The notes below the pieces were generated by a model. The model did no database searches. It was not told where the DNA came from and saw nothing but the letters and a program-made list of their open reading frames with translations. A stretch of DNA of 63,175 nt, counting the filler, from Chrysochromulina tobinii (taxonomy: Eukaryota), in NCBI GenBank assembly GCA_001275005.1. It is 6 parts of 6 records of this genome, joined end to end, with 100 filler letters (N's around TTAATTAATTAA, not from the genome) between each part and the next. Parts side by side here need not be neighbours in the genome. Positions count along the whole stretch, not along the records: positions 49,939 to 53,486 come from JWZX01001246.1; positions 53,587 to 63,175 come from JWZX01001253.1; 4 more parts are not named here. The stretch is one strand, 5' to 3'. Both the position numbers and the translations under genes were made by a program. Of this stretch, positions 49,939 to 61,532 are shown piece after piece. Every line of letters begins with the position of its first letter. Positions within the stretch are counted from its first letter, which is position 1.

Positions 49939-52574
49939 GCCGCAAACAGGCGCAGCTCGGCTTGTCTCGCAGCGCGTTGGCCCTCCTGATTCATCCTGTG
50001 AATGTTCAGTCGTGCCGTTTCGACGCGCCAAAACGCCACGCATGCATATTCTTGGAACAATCGGTTGGTCATAAACAAGCAATTGTCGGTGCGATCTGCA
50101 CCTCGACGAGGATGTATCCGATGCGCATAATATTCGAGCATGGAGACTTTGGAGCGCGGCTGCATAGCCCTTGAACCCCGTGGTTGTCCAGTTATCGAAC
50201 TCGCAGGTAATGAGTCGTGTATGGCACGGCCGGAGCGTATGGGCATATCATCCTCCCATCCATACTCGCCCGTCGGGTGCAACAGCACATGATACAGTGC
50301 ATCGAATGCACAATGTTCAATCGGAATGTCCTTTAGGCCACCCGGACCGCGAGCATTCAATATAATGCACGACTTTGTCCCCTCTGCGTTTGTACGCGGG
50401 CAGAGCAGGCACATCTCGGACATGCCCCTTAGTCTTCCATGGTGGCCTGCATTGACTGCAAATGGCGAGCGAGCAGTTACACCCTCTTCTCGCGCTCTCT
50501 TCCTCTGTTCTGTAGCTGATCGTTTGCCTTTGATCAACACCACGTGGTGCTCTAATTCGCGTTGTCCCATGCCTTGTAGTTCTTCGGCTATTGTTACAAA
50601 TTCCTGTACATACGTGTTGTTATCACGAATGTAACTGAACAGTTGTTCAAATACGGAAGCTACCCGCTCTTTATCGGGATTGGAACATGATCTCGGAAGG
50701 ACGATCAATTGGCCTGCCCGTGTAGCGACGTGGGTTGGCTCATCTTCTCTCGATTCCCCAACGCCGTACATCGCGTCGTGAACATACATGTCGACGTATT
50801 TGTAGGCCTCCCGATCGCCATTCTGTGAAGGCTGGATCGAGCCCATACGTCGCCTCACACGTCCCTCGAGCACCACGTTGGGGGCCCAGCTTGATGCAGA
50901 GCCGTTTTGGCCAAACTGGCGTTCGTTGGCACTCTGCCAACAAAAACAAACGGCAGCGGGGCATATGTGTCGGACGAAGTTGTATACCACACCACCCATG
51001 TGAAAAGCAGCAGCAGCAGCAGCATCAGCAGCAGCAGCAGGGGCGAGGAGATCAGAAAACACGAGCTCTGATCTCCTCATCAACGAGATTCGACCACGAC
51101 CAAGAAGTAGAGGAAGTTCACGATCCTCAGTCTTAAGCGCTCCCCTTGAGGAGAATCCCACAATCGGGCCATGCTTCCGGGGGAGCTAACGCTTTCAGAG
51201 GCACCCATGCACGCCCATAGGGTCTGTGCAAGAGCGTGATCACCGACAGGAATGCGTCTCATAGATCATGGTGAGCAGAACACGATCAGGAGTTGAGCTT
51301 GTTCGCATTGGACCCAGCGTATACGGCTTGTGGCTTGTCGTGCCTGCTGCCGTTCAGACAACCGGGTGGTTCCACACCCAACCGCATCGGACTTTCACCT
51401 GCAGCAGTGGCCGGCATGCAGCTCGGCGTCCAGATGCTCGCAAGCTTCAATGGAGCCGTACGCATGCCGACCACAACGCAGGATCAGACACTATGCAGCC
51501 GACTGCAGAGCACACAACCGGCCAACTGAACCACAGCTGACCCGCTCGCCGTTGCATCATCTCGAAGGACAATACTCAAACAGGCGGCGAAATTCTTGGT
51601 GACCGGATCACGCTCAGGAATGATCATCACCTGCCCTCGCACGTTAGCTCGCTCAATCAGGCTCGCTCAGAATCAATCAGCGGCTCACCTGTGAAGCTAG
51701 CGACAGCGCGCAGTTCAGCTGGCGCGAGTACTTGCGCGCCGCCATGCGCGTCAGCCCTGCTTCTCCATGCTCTCTGCCCACAGGACCCAGCCACACGTCT
51801 CGCATCCATGCCGGCCACACGTCCATAGGCTTCGGATAAACTTTCCTGCGAGCAAGTTTCAACATGTCACTCACGGTGTCCACGGCTGTCAAGACCATCA
51901 ATATGTGGGAGAGCACACCCTTGCATGCAGCAATTTCTGCCGCACTTTTCGGTTGTGCCAGCTGCATGAACGCTCTCCTGCTCAAATAGCAGCGCCCCGC
52001 AATAGCAGCATGCCCTGCCATCCGGCAAATCGTGCTCCAGCCGGCCGCAGCTGAACAACGAAGGCCAGCCGACAAATCGCGTATAATCTTGCAGCTCAAC
52101 AGAAGCCTGCCCTCGGGCAAACGGCTCCACAAGTAAATGCGCACTGCGGTACATCCGCAGGGTATCCTCCGCCCTCTCAAAGGGCCTTGGCTGTCCTGCT
52201 CTGTGTCGGAGGCGCGTGGCCAAATCTCTGGCCTTAACAAACGTGTCCGCCCGCCCGTCCCAATGCTTGCCTGTTTGCGCGGCATACCAGCGCGCCACGT
52301 CCAAGCTCAGCGCCAAGTGCACGTTCGCCCGTGTGACGATCGACGGCAGCTGCACGTGCTCGGCGACCATGTTCTCCGCTTCGACTCGACGTCCATACCA
52401 GCGCAGCCGCTCAGCGCGCGTCATCATCGCCTTCTGCTCGTCGGTCCACTGCACATCCTCCACGCGCGTCCGTGCGTGCGCTGGCGCGGCGACACCGTCG
52501 GACATCAGCGCCACGAGTAGCAGCAGCAGCAGCGGTCTCTGGGCGACTGCGGAGCAGGCGGAGCCTCTGTGCAT
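49939..52574 (-). mobile_element. Helitron RepHel N-terminal part, intron-containing, 3'-truncated
   Basis: CCYCGALLFEQE..CCMQG|K; SRQLNCALSLASQ; GRVRRRMGSIQP; NNTYVQEF; FDALYHVLLHPTGEYGW; VSMLEYYAHRI..RLFQEYACVAFWRVETARL. Confidence 0.85.
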
Positions 52575-52680
52575 GGACGGAGGTGGTCACGACCCCGTGC
52601 GCGAGAGGAAACTTTTCCGCACACAGCCTCCGCGAAACCGACGAAAAAAGTCACCCTCCGTCTTTATAGTAAGGATTCTT

Positions 52681-53486
52681 ATGTCGTCCCGCCAAGTCCC
52701 GCTGGCCGAGCGCGTGGCGCTCACGTTGGAGCGCCACGCCAAGGAGCTCTGTGAGCTCACAAATCGTCACATGAGCGCTGACGAGAGGGAGGCCGTCGCG
52801 CTCGCGATCCCAATCCTCGTGCAGCTTCTCAAGGGCGGCCATGGAGCCTCGGCAGCTGCACTGGCGATTGACCACCTTGGCGTCAACAGCGCCGCGAACA
52901 CGAACGCCATCCGTGAGGCGGGCGCCATCGCACCGCTCGTGGCGCTGCTGCAGGCGGGGGCTGGCTCGAAGGCGGCGACGACTGCGGCGGGCGCGCTGTG
53001 GAGCCTCGCCTACTCAAACGACACCAACCGGAACGCCATCCGTGAGGCGGGCGCCATCGCACCGCTCGTGGCGCTGCTGCAGGCGGGGGCTGGCTCGGAG
53101 GCGGCGACAAAGGCGGCGGCTGCACTGTGGAGCCTCGCCAACTCAACCGACACCAACCAGGACGCCATCCGCGAGGCGGGCGCCATCGCGCCGCTCGTGG
53201 TGCTGCTGCAGGCGGGGGCTGGCTCGGAGGCGGCGACGATTGCGGCGGGCGCGCTGTGGAACCTCGCCAACTCAAACGACACCAACAAGAAGGCCATCCG
53301 CGAGGCGGGCGCCATCGCGCCGCTCGTGGCGCTGCTGCAGGCGGGGGCTGGCTCGGAGGCGGCGACGAAGGCGGCGGGCGCGCTGGGGAACCTCTCCAAC
53401 TCAAACGACACCAACAAGAACGCCATCTGTGAGGCGGGCGCCATCGCGCCGCTCGTGGTGCTGCTGCAGGCGGGGGCTGGCTCGGA
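52681..53486 (+). CDS. Armadillo-repeat protein with near-identical 43-aa (129-nt) repeats, 3'-truncated
   Basis: NAIREAGAIAPLVALLQAGAGSEAATKAAGALWSLANSNDTN repeated about 4.5 times. Confidence 0.9.
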
Positions 53487-53586
53487 NNNNNNNNNNNNNN
53501 NNNNNNNNNNNNNNNNNNNNNNNNNNNNNNTTAATTAATTAANNNNNNNNNNNNNNNNNNNNNNNNNNNNNNNNNNNNNNNNNNNN
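53487..53586. other. Artificial contig linker
   Basis: N44-TTAATTAATTAA-N44. Confidence 0.98.
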
Positions 53587-53819
53587 ATGCCCTATGAGCC
53601 TCAGTAGGTATCTCGACCTGTACCCCGTATTGTTCCGCGGTGTGTCTGTGTCTCAATAACTCACTCACTCACTCGCCTTAAAAGCAAACAAGCAAGTTGT
53701 TCGAACACCCAAGGGGATTGACACGTCACCCATCCCCCCCTCTACATCATACCACCTCTACTTATTCTTCGCTCACTTACATGTATCTTTCTATGTTTCG
53801 GCGTCTCCGAAGTTTCAAC

Positions 53820-56341
53820 ATGATGTTTGTCGACCCGATAATCGGCTCGGGCGGCATCGGGTACGGCGCGGGGGGCATCAACCGGGCGCACAGGTGCCTT
53901 TCGGATCCTTACGCCTCGGCCCTGACACTGCGCTTGGCGACCGCGACATCGTGCTGTCCTTCCAACACTCCGGAGGGTATGCACACAGCGACAACAAGTT
54001 GCGAGCCTTTTCGCACACGCACCTCGTTGGCGCAGGCGCAAGCGACTACGGTAACTTTGGCGTCGTCCCGATTCGGTTCGGAGACAATCCTAGCGAGAAT
54101 GTTCTGCGCGCTGCACTGCTCGAGCCGGCAAACAGAACACTGCCATTCGATCACTCCAACGAGCATGCCCTGCCGGGGCACTACTCGCTGGGCCTGCCGT
54201 CCATCGGAGTACAAGCAGATGTTGCTGCTGCAGGGACGCATGCGGGAGTTCACGAGTACGCGTATCAAGCGCACGAGGGCAGCTGTGGACTCATCTTCGA
54301 CGCATGCCACAACGCAGCAGCCACGGCTTCATGGTGTGCCAATGCAACAATTGCGCTGGAGGCTGACCTGGCTGGTTCCTTGACGGTGCGAGCGTCCGTG
54401 CGCATGGCGGGCTCGTTAAGCAGGCGTGCAGATAGCGGCAGCGTGCCGATCTACTTCCACGGCACGCTCACCTCTCTAGGCGACGCTCGTCTGGACGTTT
54501 GGAGGCTGTGGGAAAGCGAACAGCTCCTGGCGGTCGGAGCAAGGGCTGCCAATGGCTCCCACAGCCTTGGCGCCCTCATCCGTGTCCCGTGCGGCACGAC
54601 CGTGCGCCTGACGGCGGCCATCTCTTGGATCAGCGCCGAACAAGCGGAGGCGACGGAGGCAGTGCAGCTGCCTTCGAACACGAGCGTGTCATCAGCCGCG
54701 GCAGCTGCGCGGGCGTCGTGGGCGGCGCTCATGAGCGGTGTGGAAGTTATCGACGCTGCCGATGCCTCGACCGATGAGCTCACGAAATTCCACAGCGCCG
54801 TGTACCGCACTTTCTTGGCACCAAGCACGTGGAGCGAGCCTGCCCTTGATGGCTCGCAACATTATCTCGGGATGGACGGTGAGCTCCGAAGGCTCGGCCA
54901 ACGGGCGGACGACGCACGCGAGCGTGCCCTGACGGATATGTCGCTTTGGGATACGCACCGGACGCTCCTCCCGTGGCTGTCGCTCACCCAGCCGACCGTG
55001 TACGAAGACACAGTCCGATCGCTTCAGGCGATGGGCGAAGAGGGCGGTGACGTGCCTCGATGGCCTCTGGCGAATGTCTACGCCGACTGCATGATCGGTA
55101 ACCATGCCGCTGTCGTTCTGGCGGAAGCCATGGCCAAAGGGCACACGCGCTTCAACGCCTCCTCGATGTACGACATGCTGGCACTGCAGGCGACGACGCC
55201 ACGTCATCATGCCGGGCGTAAAGCTGTCGAAGATTGGGTCCGATTGGGCTATGTGCCCCACGAAGCAGGCAAGGACGCACCGATGCCACTGGTTGCCGCT
55301 GATTGATTGCCACTGATTTCCATTGATTTCCATTGATTTCCATTGATGGTCACTAATTGCCACTGATGGCCACTGATCGCCACTGACTGGCACTGATTGG
55401 CACAGACTGACACCCTCTTGCCGCATGGAGCAGACAAGCACGCGGCCTCTCTTTCGCTCGAGTACGCATTCGACGACGCCTCGCTGGCCGCTGTCGCGTC
55501 TACGCTGGGGCGGCAGGCGGAGTCTGAGACCTTCCGACAGCGATCGATTCAAGGAGTGCTGGCACAGTGGGAGCCACAAAGGGAGCTCATGTGCGCGCGC
55601 AGCGAGGCCAGCGGAGAGCTCATGTGCCCAAGCGAGTTCGCCGCGCATCTGCCCACCCCGGTGGAGACTGGGTATGTGGAGGGCGATGCGTGGCAGTGGC
55701 TGTGGTTTGTGCCGCACAACGCCTCGCTGCTCGTCTCGCTCTTCGCCTCTCCGGCCCGTTTCGTTGAAAAGCTCGACGAGTTCATGACGAGAGGGCGCGA
55801 GTGGCGTGCTGGCAACGTGCTTTCCAATCCGTTCTATTGGGCAGGCAACGAACCCGACCTTCTCGCCCCCTGGCTGTACGCCTTTGGTGGCCGCTCCGAC
55901 CGAACTGCGAACGTGACGCGCTACCTCGTGGACCACGTTTACACGGCCGCCGCCGATGGGATCCCGGGCAATGATGACTATGGCACCATGAGTGCGTGGC
56001 TCGTGTGGGCCACTGTCGGTCTGTATCCTCTCGCGGGCAGCGACACGTTCGTAGTGGGCTCCCCGCGATTTGCGCACGTGCGGATCCGGTTGGGAGGCGA
56101 ATCTGCAGGCCCGTGGCTCGACATCGTGGCGCATAATGCGTCCGGTCGCAATCTGTACGTCGAACGCGCCACCATCAATGGGGATGTGCTCGAGGCGCCA
56201 TTGCTCACGTTTTCGCAGCTGGTGCGTCCGCGCAACGCGACGCTGGAGCTCTGGATGGGAGCCGACCCAGCCATGGCAGCGTGGTCAGAGGGCGGCTTGC
56301 TCATGATGCGAGAGGCCATGGCCTCGGACGGACAGCTGTGA
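53820..56341 (+). pseudogene. GH92 alpha-1,2-mannosidase with a 1-nt frameshift near 53883 (pseudogene or sequencing error); GC-AG intron 55269-55433
   Basis: FVDPIIGSGG..N(P)GAQVPFGSLRLGPDT, FSHTHLVGAG..DYG, SLWDTHRT, CMIGNH, SLSLEYAFDD, YVEGDAWQW, YWAGNEPD, PGNDDYGTMSAW, GLYPLAG. Confidence 0.85.
55297..55410. repeat. 10-nt minisatellite (CCACTGATTG variants) inside the GH92 intron
   Basis: ccactgattt ccattgattt ccattgattt ccattgatgg tcactaattg ccactgatgg ccactgatcg ccactgactg gcactgattg. Confidence 0.9.
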
Positions 56342-56844
56342 ACCAATACCATGGCTGTGAACCAATACCCGACTGGTATGTGAGAGGCCATGGCCTCGGA
56401 CGGACAGCGGGCACCGGAACCGATACCGCCTCGACGCGCCAAGTAATACAGCCGCACATCGCCTCGACGCACCAAGTTGTTGACTGAACTTGACGTCCTT
56501 GACTTTCGATGGCGTTGACCGTAGTATCGTGTGTGAATGGGCGGTAACGCGCGCGCTAGGCGCTACATATGTGTGAATGTGTCGGTGTCGCACACTGATC
56601 GCTCCGGGCACCGGGGGCGGGACCAAACAGTCTTGTCTCCACGCCGGGAAGGGGCAAAAAAACTCGCGTTCGTCGAATTCGTCAAATGTGACCAAAACGC
56701 CACGCCTCCCCGCCGCGCCTGCCGCCGTGCCGAAAAGGGAAACTTTGTAGGTCACGCGACGTCTCCCGCAGTTTTGGGCAAGTCCTCGCGACAGTTCCCC
56801 AGATTTTGCTCGTCTCGAAGACAAGCCCACTTGCTGCACACCCG

Positions 56845-57864
56845 ATGGCAGAACAGGGGTCGTTGAAGCCCGATAAGGATGCGGTGGCCGCGATGCCCAA
56901 CGAGGGCAACTGGCTGGACTTCTTTACTGACACGTTTCGCAAGTTGGGACCCTTTTCGGAGCGAGTGAGTGAGGGTGATCTGCCCTCGCCAGCTCAGTCC
57001 ATGGACACCGCACGCGGTAAGCAGGAAGGTTCCGATGAGGGGCTGGCGGCGACTGGCGAGCATGCATCGGAGGAGCAAGAGGTGCTCAACGCAAAAGCCG
57101 CAACTCTCGGCGGATCTCACTCATCCGCCGAGCCACCGAGCAGCGACGAGATCAAGAAGATGGACGTGGCCGCCATTGTCGGGGTGCTGAAGGCGTACCC
57201 GATGCGTGCACATGCCGTCGCAAACTGCGCCGACACGCTTCGCATCCGCTGCCGAGAGAGTGCTAACGTCATCCAGGCCACGGAGCTCGGCGCGATCGAG
57301 TTGGTCGTGCAATCGATGACCAAACTCCAAACCATGGACCAGGTCCAGCTCTACTGCCTCGTGGCGTTGCGCAATCTCGTCTCGGGGGACAACGCGCGCA
57401 AGCGCCGGGCAGTTGAGGCTGGGTGTGTACCAGCCCTGTGCAAAGCGGTGGCGAAGCACACGGCGCACGCGGGCATTTGCGAGCATGGCTACGCGCTCGC
57501 AACGATCCTGGGCTCGATTAGCGACGCGAGCGCCGAGGAGCAGCTTGCGATCAAGCGCAGCATCATCGACTCGGGCGCTTACAAGACGATCGCCGAGGTG
57601 CTCAACGCGCATGACGGAGTTACGGCTGTCGAGCAGAACGCGTGCCTCGCGATCAATTCATTCGCGCGTGACGAGGAGACGCACTGCGATAAGGCGCACC
57701 AGGCGGGGCTCATTCAAAAGCTCGCGACCATCGTGCAGCGCAAGAACGTCGACAAGCTGCTCTGGCAGGCAAGCCGTGCCGCTCTCGGGGCCATCATCCT
57801 CGACAGCGCCGAACGCAAGAAGGAGGCCAAGAAGTGCTTCCCGTGGGGAACGGTCCTATGCTGA
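56845..57864 (+). CDS. Divergent armadillo-repeat protein
   Basis: GAIELVVQSM..VQLYCLVALRNL; EAGCVPALCKAVAKH; VEQNACLAINSFA. Confidence 0.75.
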   Translation: MAEQGSLKPDKDAVAAMPNEGNWLDFFTDTFRKLGPFSERVSEGDLPSPAQSMDTARGKQEGSDEGLAATGEHASEEQEVLNAKAATLGGSHSSAEPPSSDEIKKMDVAAIVGVLKAYPMRAHAVANCADTLRIRCRESANVIQATELGAIELVVQSMTKLQTMDQVQLYCLVALRNLVSGDNARKRRAVEAGCVPALCKAVAKHTAHAGICEHGYALATILGSISDASAEEQLAIKRSIIDSGAYKTIAEVLNAHDGVTAVEQNACLAINSFARDEETHCDKAHQAGLIQKLATIVQRKNVDKLLWQASRAALGAIILDSAERKKEAKKCFPWGTVLC

Positions 57865-57893
57865 GGCAGGGTGGACCGCTTGTGAACGGTCAT

Positions 57894-58014
57894 GAAGGAG
57901 CATGTACCTCATGAGGGATTCATCTTTGAACCTGTGATGACGTGAAGGAGCATGTACCTCATGAGGGATTCATCTGTGAACCTGTAATGACGGAGCATGT
58001 ACCTCATGAGGGAG
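57894..58014. repeat. ~49-nt tandem repeat (about 2.5 copies) with a CCTCATGAGG palindrome
   Basis: gaaggagcatgtacctcatgagggattcatct(t/g)tgaacctgt(g/a)atgacg repeated. Confidence 0.85.
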
Positions 58015-58919
58015 TCAGCTGATGAGTATCATGGCGAGAGGTCGGCCGGGCAGCGTGAACCGTGATGCATGAACTCCCGTGCCGGCACGTCGTGTGTGGC
58101 CGCCTTGCCGTCGGCAACGGCGTGCGGGCCGCGCTGCTCGCGGTGGCTCGCCGGCGCTGGCCGCTCTCACTCGGCCGGGCTGCGGCGCCTGGGCTGGCGG
58201 CGTGCGGCACGGACTCGTGCGTTACGCGGGGGCGCGGCGAGGCGGCGTGTCCGCGCGGGCCGCGGCGACGACGGTTGTCATCGTCATGTAATTAGTTACT
58301 ATTCGTACTCGTTTTGACGAACACGCGGTAAACTAACAAAAACGTTGCCTCACCGCGGGCCTAGACACGCCGTTGACCGCTAAACGACGATACGTCCGTC
58401 TCTCAGTCTCTCTGCCAGGACGGTGGACGCCCCTTAAGACGCCCCGAGAGAATGTCACACGATGCACGAGCTCTCTCTTCTCATTATCTCAACGGTTCAC
58501 GACGGCGATGGTATGTAGCGACGGTATGCATGCGTGCACGCCCCCCATCACGAACGATGGTAGTGCTGTGTGCAGTAACTGCCTGGCCCTGGAAAAGACC
58601 ATTGGGGATGCAAGCTCACTCTGCGCATGAGGTTGATGATGCGCGCTGCCATTTGATGCTCCCGCGACCGGGCATGAGATGGTATCCGTGTGGATCATGG
58701 CACCGCTCACACGCGCACCCGGCCACATGCCAGCAGGGGCGCATGCGAGCGTGCGCAGCTGCCAAATTAGGATTCGCGTGTGCAGCTGCCAAATTAGGGT
58801 TGGCGTGTGCAGCTCCACCAGCTTCACCCACCATGCACCTGTAGCACGACCTCAGAAGATCGGCGCGGCAGCATGCGGTTGGTTGCATTCGAGGCGGTTC
58901 TGTGTTCACACGTGCTTCC

Positions 58920-61532
58920 TCAAAGCAGGTCGTCACCGAGCTGATGCAAGATGTCGGAGGCAGAGAAGCGAGAGTTGAGCGAGTCCGCGGACGAATCGGG
59001 CGATGAGGTGCGTGAGTTTCCGCCGTTGTGGCGGCGGCCGCCGCCGCCGTCGGAGGCGCCGCCGTCTCCGCCGCCGTCTCCGCCGCCATCGGAGCCGCCG
59101 CTCGATCCGCTGCCCGATCCGGCGCCCGACCCGGCGCCCGACCCGGCGCCCGATCCGCCGCCCAAACCGGCGCCCGTGCCCGTGTTCTCGGAGCTCGCGA
59201 TGGCCGTGTGCGAGCCGTCGCCGCTGCCTGAGCCGCCGCCGTCCGAACCCTCGCCATCCTTGCCGCGCCCGTCGGCGGAGGTGGCGAACGACGCGCACGA
59301 GGCCGACGCGACGAAGTCGGCACGCCGCGGCGAGCGTCCCCGCTTGCTCGAGTGTCGTCCCTCGGGGATCATGGTGCTCAGCTCGGCGCGGCCGGACATC
59401 GAGCTCGCCGTGCTGCCGCCGCCACCGAACGCGCGCCGATCGTGGCTGCTCAGCTTGAGCCGCCCCGCAAGCTGCTGCTGCTGCTCCGCGAGCTGCTGCT
59501 CGAGAGCATCCATCTCGATGCCCTCGGTGAAGAGGCTCTCGATGAGGTCCTCCATGCCGTCTGGCTGCGGCGGGGAGAGGCCTCGGCCATGGTGGGCGCC
59601 GCCGTGGTGGGGGCCGCCGTGGTGGGCGCCGTGCAAGGCGGCGCTCATCGCGCGCGCGGCCCCGTCGCGATGCGCACTCGCGCCGTGGTGGGCGCGCGCC
59701 GCGTCCGCCGACGAGAAGGGCAGCGAGCCCATGTAATGCGGCGCATGCAGATGGGATGGGAGCGATGGGTCGCCCTGCCCCGCCTGTGCGGCGCGCGGCG
59801 GCACATGCGGGGGCTGTGCAGGGAATCCTGGCTGTGGAAACTGCCCCCAAGTGTGAGCCATGGCGGCGGCGGCATTGGCGGCGGCGTTGGCGAGCTGCTC
59901 GGGAGTCAGATTGCGCGCCGCCTCCGTCGCCTGCGCCGAGCCGGCACAAAAGGCCTGCGCGAGCGCCGCGAAGTTGCCCAAGTGGGTGAATCGCGCACTC
60001 GAGCCGTCGGCGCCGCCCTGGGCGCTCATTGCGGCGCTCATCGCGGCCAGGTGGGCCGAGGCGTTGGCGTGGGCGCTCATCGCGGCGCTGGTCCGGGCGC
60101 CGTGGTGGGCGCTGCTCGCGATCGCGGCGACGGGTACGGCTTCCAATGACGTACCATCGGGGGTGGCGCGGCGCTCGATATGGCGTTCGCCCCCCCCGGA
60201 CCCGGAGCCATGCTGGGCGCCGTGTTGGGCGCCGGGATGTAGGTTGGCAGCAGCGGCAGTTGACAGTTGACAGGCGGCGGCGGCGTCGAAGGCGGGTAGG
60301 GTGCCCAACACGGCGTCGGTCGGCACGGCCTGCACTGCGGCGATCGCCGGCGCCAGGGGTAGCGGCGCTTGCCTCGTCGCGCCGCCCTCGGGCGCTTGCA
60401 AATGAGCGAGCTGCTCGAGCAAGCCGTTCACATTCACAGCATCGAAGGGGAAGCCGACGGGGAGGCGCGCGCCCCCGTGGTGGGCGCCGCCGAGGCTCTG
60501 CGAGAGCATCATGAGGTCACGAAGCGTCGGGGGCGCCGCGCCGAACCGCTCGAAGTACAGATGGCTCGCCGCGTCCGTGCACTGCTGAAGCCCCTCGGGC
60601 GTCGCGCCAGCGAGAGGGAGCATGGGCGTGTGGAGTGGCAAGCCCAGGTCCGTCGCCCCAAGCTGCCCAGCCATCTGCGCGAAGAACTGCGGATCGAGGA
60701 GCGGGAGGGGCAAGGCGCCGCCGGGCGCACACTGCCCAGTGCCCTCGCCAGGCGCACCCTGGGTGCCCGGGGCAGCCGAGGCTCCGTTGAAGGGCGGCAT
60801 CATGAACGGCGGATGCGGCAGGCCTGCCGCCGCCGCCGCCGCCGCCGCCGCCGCCTGCATGATCATCGCCGGGGGAAGGTTGGCAATGTTGGGCGCCATG
60901 TTGGGCGGCCACGGCCATCCCGAGCCGAATCCCACGCCCGGATGCCCGGGCAGACCGGGCAAGTTCGGCATCCCCGCCGCAAGCCCGGGCGGCAGAGGTG
61001 ACCATAAGGTCGCTTGCATGCCTGATTGCTCGGCGGCCCCGGACGCGGCCGCTCCGCGGCGTGACGGCGCCGTGTGGCCGTCGGCGGCGCTGAGGTTGCT
61101 AGTACTCCGCTTGAGCGGCACGTCGTTCGTCTCCACTTCGTCCGCGGCGAACACCTCGGTCTGTTGCCTCGTGAGGTCGACCGATTGGGAGCCGCGGCCT
61201 GCCACATTGCTTCTGGCCTGGGGAGCAGGTTCGTCCCCTTCGTCCATCATCCCTCCTGAACCATCGGGCTTGATTGCCCGCTGCCGTTTATTCTGGAACC
61301 ACACCTGGACTTGCCGTGGGGTCACTTTCAGGTCCTCGGCGAGCGCCTTCCTCGTCTCGACTGACGGGAACTTGTCCTTCCAGTACATCTCCTCGAGAAC
61401 CGAGAGCGCTTCCTGCGGGATATTCCATCGAGTATACTTCTTGCGCTTCCTTGGCGGCCCTGGGGCCTCCGTGAAACTGCCTAGGCTGTCCGTGGAGACC
61501 TGCGCGGTCAGCGGGACGCCAGACATTTCCAT
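58920..61532 (-). CDS. Homeodomain transcription factor with a long low-complexity C-terminus
   Basis: RKRKKYTRWNIPQEALSVLEEMYWKDKFPSVETRKALAEDLKVTPRQVQVWFQNKRQR. Confidence 0.9.
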   Translation of the reverse strand: MEMSGVPLTAQVSTDSLGSFTEAPGPPRKRKKYTRWNIPQEALSVLEEMYWKDKFPSVETRKALAEDLKVTPRQVQVWFQNKRQRAIKPDGSGGMMDEGDEPAPQARSNVAGRGSQSVDLTRQQTEVFAADEVETNDVPLKRSTSNLSAADGHTAPSRRGAAASGAAEQSGMQATLWSPLPPGLAAGMPNLPGLPGHPGVGFGSGWPWPPNMAPNIANLPPAMIMQAAAAAAAAAAGLPHPPFMMPPFNGASAAPGTQGAPGEGTGQCAPGGALPLPLLDPQFFAQMAGQLGATDLGLPLHTPMLPLAGATPEGLQQCTDAASHLYFERFGAAPPTLRDLMMLSQSLGGAHHGGARLPVGFPFDAVNVNGLLEQLAHLQAPEGGATRQAPLPLAPAIAAVQAVPTDAVLGTLPAFDAAAACQLSTAAAANLHPGAQHGAQHGSGSGGGERHIERRATPDGTSLEAVPVAAIASSAHHGARTSAAMSAHANASAHLAAMSAAMSAQGGADGSSARFTHLGNFAALAQAFCAGSAQATEAARNLTPEQLANAAANAAAAMAHTWGQFPQPGFPAQPPHVPPRAAQAGQGDPSLPSHLHAPHYMGSLPFSSADAARAHHGASAHRDGAARAMSAALHGAHHGGPHHGGAHHGRGLSPPQPDGMEDLIESLFTEGIEMDALEQQLAEQQQQLAGRLKLSSHDRRAFGGGGSTASSMSGRAELSTMIPEGRHSSKRGRSPRRADFVASASCASFATSADGRGKDGEGSDGGGSGSGDGSHTAIASSENTGTGAGLGGGSGAGSGAGSGAGSGSGSSGGSDGGGDGGGDGGASDGGGGRRHNGGNSRTSSPDSSADSLNSRFSASDILHQLGDDLL

